Source of the DNA: Candidatus Latescibacterota bacterium
Lineage (GTDB): Bacteria; Latescibacterota; UBA2968; UBA8231
Assembly (NCBI GenBank): GCA_965248355.1
Contig: OZ252098.1
Coordinates: 1,568,001-1,632,000, forward strand
DNA: 64,000 bases
Reading direction: 5' to 3'
The notes below the pieces were generated by a model, which was given only the letters and a program-made list of their open reading frames with translations, was not told the DNA's origin and did not search any database. Within the stretch, counting starts at the first letter, position 1; each line of letters starts with the position of its first letter. The position numbers and the translations under genes are program-made. Of this stretch, positions 1 to 8,783 are shown piece by piece.

Positions 1-20
1 CGGTATCTTGCGCTGCACGT

Positions 21-1448
21 ATGATGGATCCACAGCGATACAGGCAACTCTTCCTGGACGACGACGCTGTCGAGTCCATGTCAGGACTTCGGCGCGTAAT
101 GCATCGACCCGCCTACGCGGGCCCCGTCGTGTGGCCCGACCGCGCCAGGGGCGAGCGCGCCGTGCAGAGCAGCAGCGTGCCGCAGTGGAATCGGGAACGA
201 GGCCTCTGGGAGTGGTGGTACAAGGGATTCACAACGCATACGGACGAGTACCTGACCCTCTACGCCACGTCCGTGGACGGCGTTCATTGGGATACGCCGG
301 ACGTGGAATTGCACGAGTGCTTCGCTGCGGACACGGCCAACCTCTGCCACGTCATCCGCGACGATCTCGATGCGGACCCTCGGCGCCGCTACAAGGGGCT
401 CTTCAGCGACGGCGGGCACATGGACCGCTATCCGGGCGTGTCGGCGGACGGTTTCCAGTGGGAGATTTCGCAAGGGCCGCCCATTCCCAGCCAGGACACT
501 TCGACCCTCGTGTACGACGACATCGGCAGCCGCTACCTCGCCATCGTCAAGCACCGCACCGAGTGGGGAAGATCCGCCTTCCTGTCGACCAGTCCGGACT
601 TCGTCGACTGGACGGATCCGGAACTGGTACTCCACACCGACGAAATCGACCAGGAGAACCGCGAACGTCGAATTCAGGCCGTCGTCGACGACCCCGCCTA
701 CCTGTCACCACCCGTGGTCGATGGCCGACCCTACCTGGCCCAGCTCTACATGATGCCGGTCCTGCCTTACGAAGGGATCTACGTCGGCTTTCCCCTGCTC
801 TTCAATCCCTCGGGCGCCGATGGAGCGCAGTGCAATCACACCGGCCTGAACCAGGTGGAGCTCGCCGTCTCGCGCGACGCCCGCCAATGGGAGCGGGTCG
901 CGGACCGGGCGATCTTCCTCGGTGTCGAACCCTGGGAAGGCGGCTCCAGATTCGGCAACGCCCAGGTCGCTCTGTGCGGAGCCCCGATCGTCCGGGACGA
1001 GGAGCTCTGGATCTACTACCTGGCCTGTCGCTATCGAGGACACCGTGACCTGTTCGCGGATCTCGATCCGGCGATCTACAACGACGATTTCTTCGATCCG
1101 TCCACCGTCATCTGCCTGGCCAGGCTGCGGCGGGACGGTTTCGTATCCCTCACGCCGTCGGCCGAGGCAGGCGAAGTGGTCACCAGGCCATTCAGATGGA
1201 CACAAGGGAAGCTGTTCGTAAACGCCGCCGTGGAGTCCGGTGGTGAGATCGGGGTCGAGGTAGTCGATGCCGTCAGCCTCCGACCACTGCCGGGCCGGTC
1301 GGCCGGCGAGTGCGTGGCACCGCGCGGCGATCAGCCCGCCGGTGAGATCGGATGGAATGAGGGGAGCCATGCCCCATTGGGTGCAAGATCCATCCGCCTG
1401 CGATTCCGCCTGCGTCGTGCCCGCCTGTACTCCTTCTGGCTGTCATGA
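21..1448 (+). CDS. Glycoside hydrolase-like five-bladed beta-propeller protein (GH32/GH43/GH130-like clan), function unknown
   Basis: 475 aa ORF with repeated Asp-box-like blades (YATSVDGVHW, SADGFQW, STSPDFVDW, SRDARQW). N-terminal QLFLDD and C-terminal RLRRDGFVS/LRFRL...LYSFW ends are typical of this hypothetical family. Confidence 0.65.
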   Translation: MMDPQRYRQLFLDDDAVESMSGLRRVMHRPAYAGPVVWPDRARGERAVQSSSVPQWNRERGLWEWWYKGFTTHTDEYLTLYATSVDGVHWDTPDVELHECFAADTANLCHVIRDDLDADPRRRYKGLFSDGGHMDRYPGVSADGFQWEISQGPPIPSQDTSTLVYDDIGSRYLAIVKHRTEWGRSAFLSTSPDFVDWTDPELVLHTDEIDQENRERRIQAVVDDPAYLSPPVVDGRPYLAQLYMMPVLPYEGIYVGFPLLFNPSGADGAQCNHTGLNQVELAVSRDARQWERVADRAIFLGVEPWEGGSRFGNAQVALCGAPIVRDEELWIYYLACRYRGHRDLFADLDPAIYNDDFFDPSTVICLARLRRDGFVSLTPSAEAGEVVTRPFRWTQGKLFVNAAVESGGEIGVEVVDAVSLRPLPGRSAGECVAPRGDQPAGEIGWNEGSHAPLGARSIRLRFRLRRARLYSFWLS

Positions 1449-1543
1449 TCGCGACGGCCGAATTCGCTCCGCCCGACACCAGGGCGGGTAATGTCGCCGG
1501 CTCCCACAGCCGCGGTTCCCCCGCCTCCGCCCAGGAGCTTCGG

Positions 1544-2045
1544 TCAGCTGGATGCAGGCCGCTGCAGAAGGTGCGGACAGTGTCTCTCGGCCAGACTCAG
1601 GCGCTCGTGCAGCTCGGTGAGCCACAACGACTTGACGCTGCAAAGCTGCTCGACTGTCAGGTTCCTGGCGTTGTGCACGAGCGTACTGCCCAGATTGGCG
1701 CCGGACAGATCGGCGTTCTCGAGATCCGCGTCATGGAGGAGGGCGCTGCGCAGGTCGACGTCGCTGAGGTCGGCCCGCCGCAGGTCGCCACGGGCCAACT
1801 TGGCGCCCCTGAGGTCCGCCCCGTGGAGATCGGCCCCGCACAGAATGGCTTTCTCCAGGTTCGCACTGCTCAGATCGGCGCCGCAGGTCGGCTTGGGTCA
1901 GACCGGACAGGTCCATGCCGCGAAGGGTGGCGCCACGGAGATGAGCCACGCGCAGGTCGGGCACGATGCCAGGATTGTCCCGGCGCCACTGGTTCCACGA
2001 GTGGGAGCCTTGTTTGATCAGGGCCACATGTTCCGGATCAGCCAT
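1544..2045 (-). pseudogene. Pentapeptide-repeat protein, frameshifted near 1882
   Basis: The 5' ORF MADPEHVALIKQGSHSWNQWRRDNP..DLRVAHLRGATLRGMDLSGLTQADL continues in another frame as GADLSSANLEKAILCGADLHGADLRGAKLARGDLRRADLSDVDLRSALLHDADLENADLSGANL. The A(D/N)LxG repeats span the shift. Confidence 0.8.
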
Positions 2046-2074
2046 GCAATTCTCTCAAACTCTGGAGGCTCCCA

Positions 2075-3016
2075 CTGTTCAGCTTACCCGGCCACTACAT
2101 CGGCGACGCTTGGTACTTCGTCGACGCAGACCGGCAGGCCCACTGTTACTTCCTGACGGCCCCCGACAGCCTGCCTCTCGACGAGCGCTGGTGGAACTGG
2201 GACATCGGCCACGCCACCAGCCGGGATCTCGTCCACTGGGAGTACGTCGGCCTGGCGCTGACGCGGGGTGCCGGCCACGCTTGGGACAGCAAGAAGCTGG
2301 CCACCGGCTCCGTCATCGAGCGCCACGGCCGGTTCTGGATGGCCTACACCGGCATCCGCCGGGACGATCCCCACCTGGTGCAACGAGTCGGCATGGCGGT
2401 CTCCGACGACCTCACTACCTGGACCAAGGTCGAGGGCAACCCGGTGACACAGGCCGACGGAGTCATGTACGAGAAGATCGGCACCGGCGAACGGGCCATG
2501 GGGCACTGGCGGGATCCCTTCCTGCTGGATTGCGGCGATCGGGTGCTCCAGTACGTCTGCGCCCGCACGCAGAGCGATGGCCAGGGTTGCGTGGCCGTGG
2601 CCTCGTCGACGGACATGGTCCGCTGGAAGCTGGAGCAGCCTCTCGTGGTCGACGTCATGACCGAGGAGATCGAGGTTCCCCAGGTGCATCGCATCGGCGC
2701 CCGCTACTACCTCCTCTTCGCGACCTTCCTTCGCGTCATCCTGCCTGAGTTTCGCCAAGAGCACCCCACCCACGAATTCAAGAACAGCGACTTCTCGATG
2801 GTGGGCCCGTCGCCTCAAGGTCCGTTCTCAATTCACGGAACGGGGGACGTTCATCCCCAAGCGCCGAATCCATATGCCTGCCAGCTAGTGGCCTTCCGCG
2901 GCGAGTGGTTTCTTCTGGGGACGGTGGTCCGTACCGCCAGTGGAGACGGAGACGACTACATAACCGATCCCATGCCGATCGTTGCCGGCGAAACCGGAAT
3001 CCACGCACTGACCTGA
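2075..3016 (+). CDS. GH32-like (beta-fructosidase-type) beta-propeller hydrolase, probable CTG start
   Basis: The frame of ORF 2339..3016 is open upstream to CTG at 2075, which lies 6 nt after GGAGG (2064-2068). This adds IGDAWYF..HCYFL..IGHATSRDLVHW..LATGSV. WRDPF and EVP motifs follow downstream. Confidence 0.75.
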   Translation: MFSLPGHYIGDAWYFVDADRQAHCYFLTAPDSLPLDERWWNWDIGHATSRDLVHWEYVGLALTRGAGHAWDSKKLATGSVIERHGRFWMAYTGIRRDDPHLVQRVGMAVSDDLTTWTKVEGNPVTQADGVMYEKIGTGERAMGHWRDPFLLDCGDRVLQYVCARTQSDGQGCVAVASSTDMVRWKLEQPLVVDVMTEEIEVPQVHRIGARYYLLFATFLRVILPEFRQEHPTHEFKNSDFSMVGPSPQGPFSIHGTGDVHPQAPNPYACQLVAFRGEWFLLGTVVRTASGDGDDYITDPMPIVAGETGIHALT

Positions 3017-3047
3017 CCCCTGCCTTCGTTCCAAAGATCCCTCCTCG

Positions 3048-4973
3048 TTACAACCTGTAGACCACGTTGTCCGTCATCCCGGCAAAATAGTCTACCACAA
3101 CCCAGAACCCCATGGAGAAGAACTGGCCCACCACGAGGCCGATAAAGAACGGTTTGCCTTTCCGGTAGAGAATTGATCCTCCGTATTTCAGCATCAGACC
3201 CTTGACGGACCAGGATATGAACACGCTCATCATGATCGAGTCCGTCATCCACATGGAGCTGATAGGCAGACTCAAGGGATGGATGGGAAACCCCAGATAG
3301 CGCTGCTTCAGCCACATGAGGAGTCCCATCAGACCGCCGCCGTATGCCGTCCAGAGCCAACCTCCCCAATTGGGGCCGGCCGGGTTCAACAGATTGCGCG
3401 AGGTGAAATTGAAGGGGTAGTGCACGAGGCCTCTGAAGAAACCGCTCAAATTGACCGCCCCGTAGCTGTATCCCAGGGCGACCTGCATCCAGATCGAGGA
3501 CACGACGCTTACCAGGACCGCCACCAGAATGCCCCAAAGCAGCAGGCGCCGGCTGCCGCGGATGTGTTGCTCAGCGATCTTCAGGGCGTTGGCGCAGGCG
3601 GCCATCAAGAAGATCCGCAGTTCTCCCGCCCACACGAATGTGTACCCCAATGCGGTCACACCCGGCGCCCCCAGGGCCTCCACGCCAAAGCCGGAAACCA
3701 TGAAATTGCCGGGGTTCATGGGCGCTCTGGTGATGAAGAATCCGCCCTCGGTGACCATCCGCGTGAGGCCGATGAATATCACGAACGCCACCAACAGAGT
3801 CAGGCCGGCCGACCAGGGAGCAAGGCCCGTCTGGCACAGCCACCACCACATGAATCCACTCCCCATGAGCAGGGTGAAGGCGGCCGCGCGGTACGACATG
3901 ATCTCTTCACTGTCATCCACCTGCACGTCGCCTCGAAAGGCTTTGCGAAACACGGCGCGCAAGTGGCTTCGGCCCATCCACAGCCCCCAGAGCACGAAGA
4001 CGATCATGGCCCCCATGTTCTGGTGTGCCAACACGGGTACCGTAACCCATTCCATGCTCTCATTGGTGGTGATCCCCAAGTACTGGAGGGCCCCCTCCTG
4101 CAGCTTGGCTATGAGGTTGAGCAACCAGATTCCCAGGGAGATGTCCCGGCTCAGAAAGTAGGTGAATCCGATCGTCGCAAAGCTGAGCTGAGGGGTCAGG
4201 ACAGTAGTGCGGGAGAGAAAGGGGATGGATGTGTACAGCGAGACGTCGGGTACGCTTGGATCGTATTCGTGCAGGGCGATGAGAGACCCCACGGCACAGG
4301 GAATGCTCAGGCCGATCCAGAAGGAGAGGCAACGGAACAGCGGCGGCAGCAGCTTCCCTTGCTCCCGGTCGATCATGGCCAACGATGGCTGCATCAGGGG
4401 GTACTGCAAGCGCTCCTGATTCATCCACTGCCGCCGGAGAATGACCATGACGGCGATCATCACCAGGAACAGGGCCAGCAGGAACGGGGCCCACGCGATC
4501 AGCGGGGGCAGCCACGCATCCCAGGCAATCGCCCCATGAGGGTTCCCCTCGTAAAAATCCTGGATCGCCTTCGGATCCTGTGGCACCAACCAGGGGGGGA
4601 TCTCCCTCATGAACAGGTCTCCCCACCTGTTCTCCGGCGTGGCGTAGTACTGGGCGCCGCTCAGGTACGGAATGAAGAAGGAGGTGAGCCCCATGGACGG
4701 GATGGTGGCTGCCGCCAGGGCCATGATGTAGACGAGGGTGATCTCAGAGGTGGAAAGATGCCAGGGGCGCCGCAACCACCCCATGAGCGGATTCAACACC
4801 GCCACGAGGACAAAGAGGATGAACAGGGCTATGGGAGAGGCGAAATCCTGGGCCATGCGGCTCCCGCGAATGACGTTGTCCCCGTATATCACACCCACGC
4901 CGACAAAGACACTCACCGCGGTTCCGATGAGAAATGCGCGTTTCGTGACTCTATCGGATGGCCCGATGGACAT
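3048..4973 (-). CDS. Polytopic membrane protein, DUF6785/DUF6784-type putative peptide transporter
   Basis: 641 aa with many TM segments. Motifs LRRQWMNQERLQYPL, FPIHPL and LLKYGG-like..KPFFIGLVVG are characteristic of this family. Confidence 0.7.
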   Translation of the reverse strand: MSIGPSDRVTKRAFLIGTAVSVFVGVGVIYGDNVIRGSRMAQDFASPIALFILFVLVAVLNPLMGWLRRPWHLSTSEITLVYIMALAAATIPSMGLTSFFIPYLSGAQYYATPENRWGDLFMREIPPWLVPQDPKAIQDFYEGNPHGAIAWDAWLPPLIAWAPFLLALFLVMIAVMVILRRQWMNQERLQYPLMQPSLAMIDREQGKLLPPLFRCLSFWIGLSIPCAVGSLIALHEYDPSVPDVSLYTSIPFLSRTTVLTPQLSFATIGFTYFLSRDISLGIWLLNLIAKLQEGALQYLGITTNESMEWVTVPVLAHQNMGAMIVFVLWGLWMGRSHLRAVFRKAFRGDVQVDDSEEIMSYRAAAFTLLMGSGFMWWWLCQTGLAPWSAGLTLLVAFVIFIGLTRMVTEGGFFITRAPMNPGNFMVSGFGVEALGAPGVTALGYTFVWAGELRIFLMAACANALKIAEQHIRGSRRLLLWGILVAVLVSVVSSIWMQVALGYSYGAVNLSGFFRGLVHYPFNFTSRNLLNPAGPNWGGWLWTAYGGGLMGLLMWLKQRYLGFPIHPLSLPISSMWMTDSIMMSVFISWSVKGLMLKYGGSILYRKGKPFFIGLVVGQFFSMGFWVVVDYFAGMTDNVVYRL

Positions 4974-5012
4974 TCTGCGACTTTGTCGAGGCAGAGGCGC
5001 GCCAGGAGAGGA

Positions 5013-6293
5013 TCAATACACGTCCTGAGCGCAGCGCGCAGCGCCGGTATCCGGAAACAGAAGGGAGAGGGCGGCCCCATGGTCCGGGTGCGCGGCGAGT
5101 CCGCCCTCCTCGAGGAGACATGGCAGGCGTCGCCCGTTGTAGATCAGGGAGCAGAGATCGCTGCCGCCGATCTCCAACCGCAGGAGTTCGCCCCTTCCGA
5201 ACTCCTGCGCATGACCATCTTCGCGAAAGCGTACTTCCACCCTGAAACCAGCCGCCTCGGCGCGCCTGTCGAGAAGAGTTCGGATGCGCTGCACGTACAG
5301 GTCGCGGTCCTGAAGGCGCACCCATATCTCCCCGTGTCCTGTCCGATGTTCGGGAGACAGAGTCTCGATCCGGGGACGCAGGGGGTGGCAGGATGGGATC
5401 GCCAGGTGAGCGGCCGGCACACCCCGGTCGCGCCAATCTCGAAGGGTGGAGCGCAGCAACCCGGCGGCGACATCCTCAGCTCCGGGCCGGCAAGCCCACT
5501 CGCTGACCGTTCCTCCGTCCAGTGTCTCGAGCACGACGACATAGGCCAGAGGCCGGTCGTGACCGGCCACGAGAACCGTCATGGGGACTGAGGTAAAGAG
5601 CTTTGGTTGCCGCTGAAGCCTGCGCTCCCAGAATGGAACCGTCCTCGACCATGAGCCGCTGACCCGGCTGTAGAGAACCTCGTAGATCTCGTTGAGGGTC
5701 TCGGCGTCCCCGGGCGTGCCCGGACGTGACTCCACGGGCGCGGGCCATTCATTGCAATAGGTGTCCGGATCGTAGGTGTCCGGATCCAGACCATCGAGAT
5801 GGAGGGTCAGGCAGGGGTTCTCGATGATTGCCTTCTTGTAGCCCAGCCGACTGTAGAAGCCGGAGCGCTCTGCCGACGTGTGCAGGTAGGAGATCGCCAA
5901 GCCATGCTGCTTCATTCGGGCGAAGGAGGCGCGCATCAAATGCGCTCCGATGCCCTGACCCCGGAACCGGACAGCCGTGCAAACCGTACCGACGAGCCCG
6001 GCCGGAACTCCTACGCCCGAGCACGACAACAGGCCGGTGCGCACTCCCATATGGCTCACCACGCGGCCATCGACCTCGGCTACCAGCAGGTGGGCCGGAT
6101 CGTACCACGGTTCCTGCTCCAGGACCTCGAGGCTCCCCGGACTTGCCCCGACCGCCTGGGGAAAGGCCGCGGCGATGATCTCCTTTGCGTCCGGATAGTC
6201 CGTTGGCACCAAACCGCGGCAGTTCACCTCACCTGCATTCACCGTGGCCCAGCGACGCATCATGAGGCCCTGATCCTGGCCCGATGCCGCCAC
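5013..6293 (-). CDS. GNAT-family acetyltransferase (Eis-like)
   Basis: Acetyl-CoA binding motif VCTAVRFRGQGIG and FYSRLGY. The true start may be about 30 nt downstream of 6293 (MMRRW). Confidence 0.8.
   Translation of the reverse strand: MAASGQDQGLMMRRWATVNAGEVNCRGLVPTDYPDAKEIIAAAFPQAVGASPGSLEVLEQEPWYDPAHLLVAEVDGRVVSHMGVRTGLLSCSGVGVPAGLVGTVCTAVRFRGQGIGAHLMRASFARMKQHGLAISYLHTSAERSGFYSRLGYKKAIIENPCLTLHLDGLDPDTYDPDTYCNEWPAPVESRPGTPGDAETLNEIYEVLYSRVSGSWSRTVPFWERRLQRQPKLFTSVPMTVLVAGHDRPLAYVVVLETLDGGTVSEWACRPGAEDVAAGLLRSTLRDWRDRGVPAAHLAIPSCHPLRPRIETLSPEHRTGHGEIWVRLQDRDLYVQRIRTLLDRRAEAAGFRVEVRFREDGHAQEFGRGELLRLEIGGSDLCSLIYNGRRLPCLLEEGGLAAHPDHGAALSLLFPDTGAARCAQDVY
5758..5786. repeat. 15-bp-period tandem duplication inside the GNAT gene (DPDTY x2)
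   Basis: taggtgtccggatc occurs at 5758-5771 and 5773-5786. Confidence 0.8.
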
Positions 6294-6534
6294 CGGTGGG
6301 CCCGAGGGCCGGATGGGCCCGTCAACCGGACTTCCGGGGTCGAATACCGAGTCGAGGGCCGGACGCCTTCCCGGCCGCCTCCCCGGACATCGGCCTTGAA
6401 ATGGGTCCGACAGCCCCGGGCGCTTTCGAGCGGAAATCAGCCGTGACTAGACGGACGTATATACAGGAGCCGCCAGGGGTGCTGTCAAGGTCATCGTCAC
6501 CGGATGCGATCGATGGAGAGGAGATCATTTCTTC

Positions 6535-6564
6535 TTGACTTCTCATTGCTTGCTGCGCTACATT
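6535..6564 (+). promoter_or_regulatory. Putative sigma70 promoter for the envelope operon
   Basis: TTGACT (6535-6540), 18 nt spacer, TACATT (6559-6564) in an AT-richer intergenic region. A strong RBS (AAGGAG) precedes ATG 6657. Confidence 0.5.
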
Positions 6565-6656
6565 GACGGTCTTTCAGGTGGTACTTCTGACTTTGAAGAT
6601 GTGCCCGGGAAAAAGAGACATAAGTCCAATATCACCAGACACTAAGGAGAGAACCC

Positions 6657-8681
6657 ATGGCTCTGGTGGACCTTGCACGAAGAATGGCAATAACAGCGGC
6701 ATCGCTGCTGATCCTCTTCGGGGTTTCAGATGCCCAGGAGGAGCGTTTCTCGCGCTACGTAGGCTCCGAGGATCTGGGCCTCAACGACATGGACAGCGGC
6801 GGCAAGCCTTCGACGGCCGCCATCAGTGGCTTGACGGACATCACGGACTATGCCTTCGACGGCTCGGACCTGACCATTCCGTTTACACTTGAGGGGACGC
6901 AAACCGGTTCAGCGACGGTGTGGCTGGTCATCTACACCTCCGGCCAGAAGCCGCCCTTGACGATTGAAGGAGAAGGGCCTCCTCCCCACATCAAGGGCAA
7001 CTACGCCGATCCGGGATGGCATGTCTTCCAAGGGGTGGACTGGCTGGTCTACAGGTCTGACGGCGAGCGCTTTGATGCAGGCGACAACGAAATCGTCTGG
7101 AATGGCCGCGACATGGGCGGCAACGTGGTGGAAAAGGGCTCGTACGATCTCTTCCTGGCGGCCTTCGACGCCGACGCGAGGGCACACATCGTCGGCTACG
7201 CTCCGGGCCGGGGCGGCACGGGAGAAATGCTCATCGTCGATCCCGACGCCGAAACGCTGACGCGTCCCTACGAGTGGGTCGTCGACATGAACAACGACTT
7301 CATCAACAACCCCTCGGCGGCCACGTTCATCGACCGCACCGAAATCCACAATTCGGCTCCAGATGCGGGCGAAATTCCGGTCGGCCGTCACGTGTTCTGG
7401 TGGACGGACAGCGACCGGGAGCTGCCCTTCCACGTCTTCGACATGACCCCGCTCGGTTCGAGCGGCAACATCACCGACGACATGATGACCTATGTCGCCA
7501 ACGGTCAGAACCAGGGCGGTGGGCTGCTCTTCACGGGCACCTACGACCCTGTGGCACAAACGGCCGACGTCAACGAGGACTGGGGCGCGGACCATGGTGC
7601 CGTCAACGGATTCATCGATTACAAGGAGCTGCAGCCCACCCGCAAGTACGCGGTCCAGACCAACCCGGAGAAAACCAAGATTTACACCACCACCGGGATC
7701 GACGGCCTGATCGGCACGGTCGCCGTCTGGGATCTGGCAAGCGGCGAGAATCTCGCCTTGTGGGATCTATCCGAGATCTTCCTGTACGACAACAACGGCA
7801 GCGACCGGTGCGGCGGACCTGGTTGGTCAGGGCGGGACTACGCGGGTCAGCCCCCTGCCGAGGGTTTGACCCTCTCCGGACACCACACCTCGATCGTCAT
7901 GCGCCAGGACTACGATACCGGTGAGATCATGTGGATCAACCGGAACGGCGACGGCTTTGGCGACATGTACGTGCCGAAGACTTTTGGGGAGGAGCCGATT
8001 TACGGCCACACCTCGGGGGACGGCGCCAAGTACGGCATGAATGCGACGAAATGGGGCTGGACCTCCATTTCCCATACCGCCGTGAACTTCACCGATTACG
8101 GGTCCATGTTGGGTGAGGATGGCTCAGGGCTGTTCCTGTTTCAGCCGACGAACATTCCCAGTTCCGTTGCCAATTGGACAATGGTCGTCGACCACGACGA
8201 CAGCGCCTGGGACGGCTTCTACATCAGTGTAGGCGAGAATGACCCCGAGTTCAGATCGAATGACTGGGCGCCGCCCAAGCCCGAGGACGCCATCATCGAT
8301 TACTATTCCTACAAGTATTTCGTCCACCTGCCCTACGATCAGAAGCGGGTGAGCCTGGGCGAGATGCCGACGGCCGTTGCCGAGTTGGGCGGTGCCCTGC
8401 CTGCCAGCGCGGAACTGGGCGATGCCTATCCCAACCCGTTCAATCCCGAGACCACCATTCACTTCTCCCTGCCCTGGGAAGCACCGGTCAAGGTCGAGGT
8501 CTTCAATGACCAGGGCCAGCTGGTGACGACGCTGGTCAACGATCACATGGGTCCGGGGAACTTCTCCGTCACTTGGGACGGCAGAGATGCGAACGGCTCC
8601 GAGGTTGCGAGCGGGGTATACCTCTACAAGATCGAGAGTGTCAACCTGAGGTTGAGCAAGAAGGTCACCTTCCTCAAGTAG
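6657..8681 (+). CDS. Secreted surface protein with an internal FlgD-Ig domain and a C-terminal T9SS type A-like/FlgD-Ig sorting tail
   Basis: Signal peptide, N-terminal IPFTL..IVWNGRDMGGNVVEKGSY, and C-terminal AYPNPFNPETTIHFSLP..TWDGRDANGSEVASGVYLYKI..KKVTFLK. Confidence 0.85.
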   Translation: MALVDLARRMAITAASLLILFGVSDAQEERFSRYVGSEDLGLNDMDSGGKPSTAAISGLTDITDYAFDGSDLTIPFTLEGTQTGSATVWLVIYTSGQKPPLTIEGEGPPPHIKGNYADPGWHVFQGVDWLVYRSDGERFDAGDNEIVWNGRDMGGNVVEKGSYDLFLAAFDADARAHIVGYAPGRGGTGEMLIVDPDAETLTRPYEWVVDMNNDFINNPSAATFIDRTEIHNSAPDAGEIPVGRHVFWWTDSDRELPFHVFDMTPLGSSGNITDDMMTYVANGQNQGGGLLFTGTYDPVAQTADVNEDWGADHGAVNGFIDYKELQPTRKYAVQTNPEKTKIYTTTGIDGLIGTVAVWDLASGENLALWDLSEIFLYDNNGSDRCGGPGWSGRDYAGQPPAEGLTLSGHHTSIVMRQDYDTGEIMWINRNGDGFGDMYVPKTFGEEPIYGHTSGDGAKYGMNATKWGWTSISHTAVNFTDYGSMLGEDGSGLFLFQPTNIPSSVANWTMVVDHDDSAWDGFYISVGENDPEFRSNDWAPPKPEDAIIDYYSYKYFVHLPYDQKRVSLGEMPTAVAELGGALPASAELGDAYPNPFNPETTIHFSLPWEAPVKVEVFNDQGQLVTTLVNDHMGPGNFSVTWDGRDANGSEVASGVYLYKIESVNLRLSKKVTFLK

Positions 8682-8701
8682 GAGGCTCTCAGATGTTTCT
8701 C

Positions 8702-8737
8702 AAGTGCCACCGGTCTGTTGCCGGTGGCACTTTTTTT
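8702..8737 (+). terminator. Rho-independent terminator/attenuator
   Basis: Perfect 12-bp stem aagtgccaccgg/ccggtggcactt with a 7-nt loop, running into a T7 tract (8731-8737), 20 nt after the stop codon. Confidence 0.9.
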
Positions 8738-8783
8738 GCCAAGAGACACCATAGAGACGAATCCCATAGGGAGGTGTGCCAGA

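Noticed and set aside
6295..6460. GC-rich hairpin-prone intergenic stretch as a possible ncRNA or riboswitch
   Set aside because: No recognisable SRP, 6S or riboswitch consensus. Pairing is expected at this GC content.
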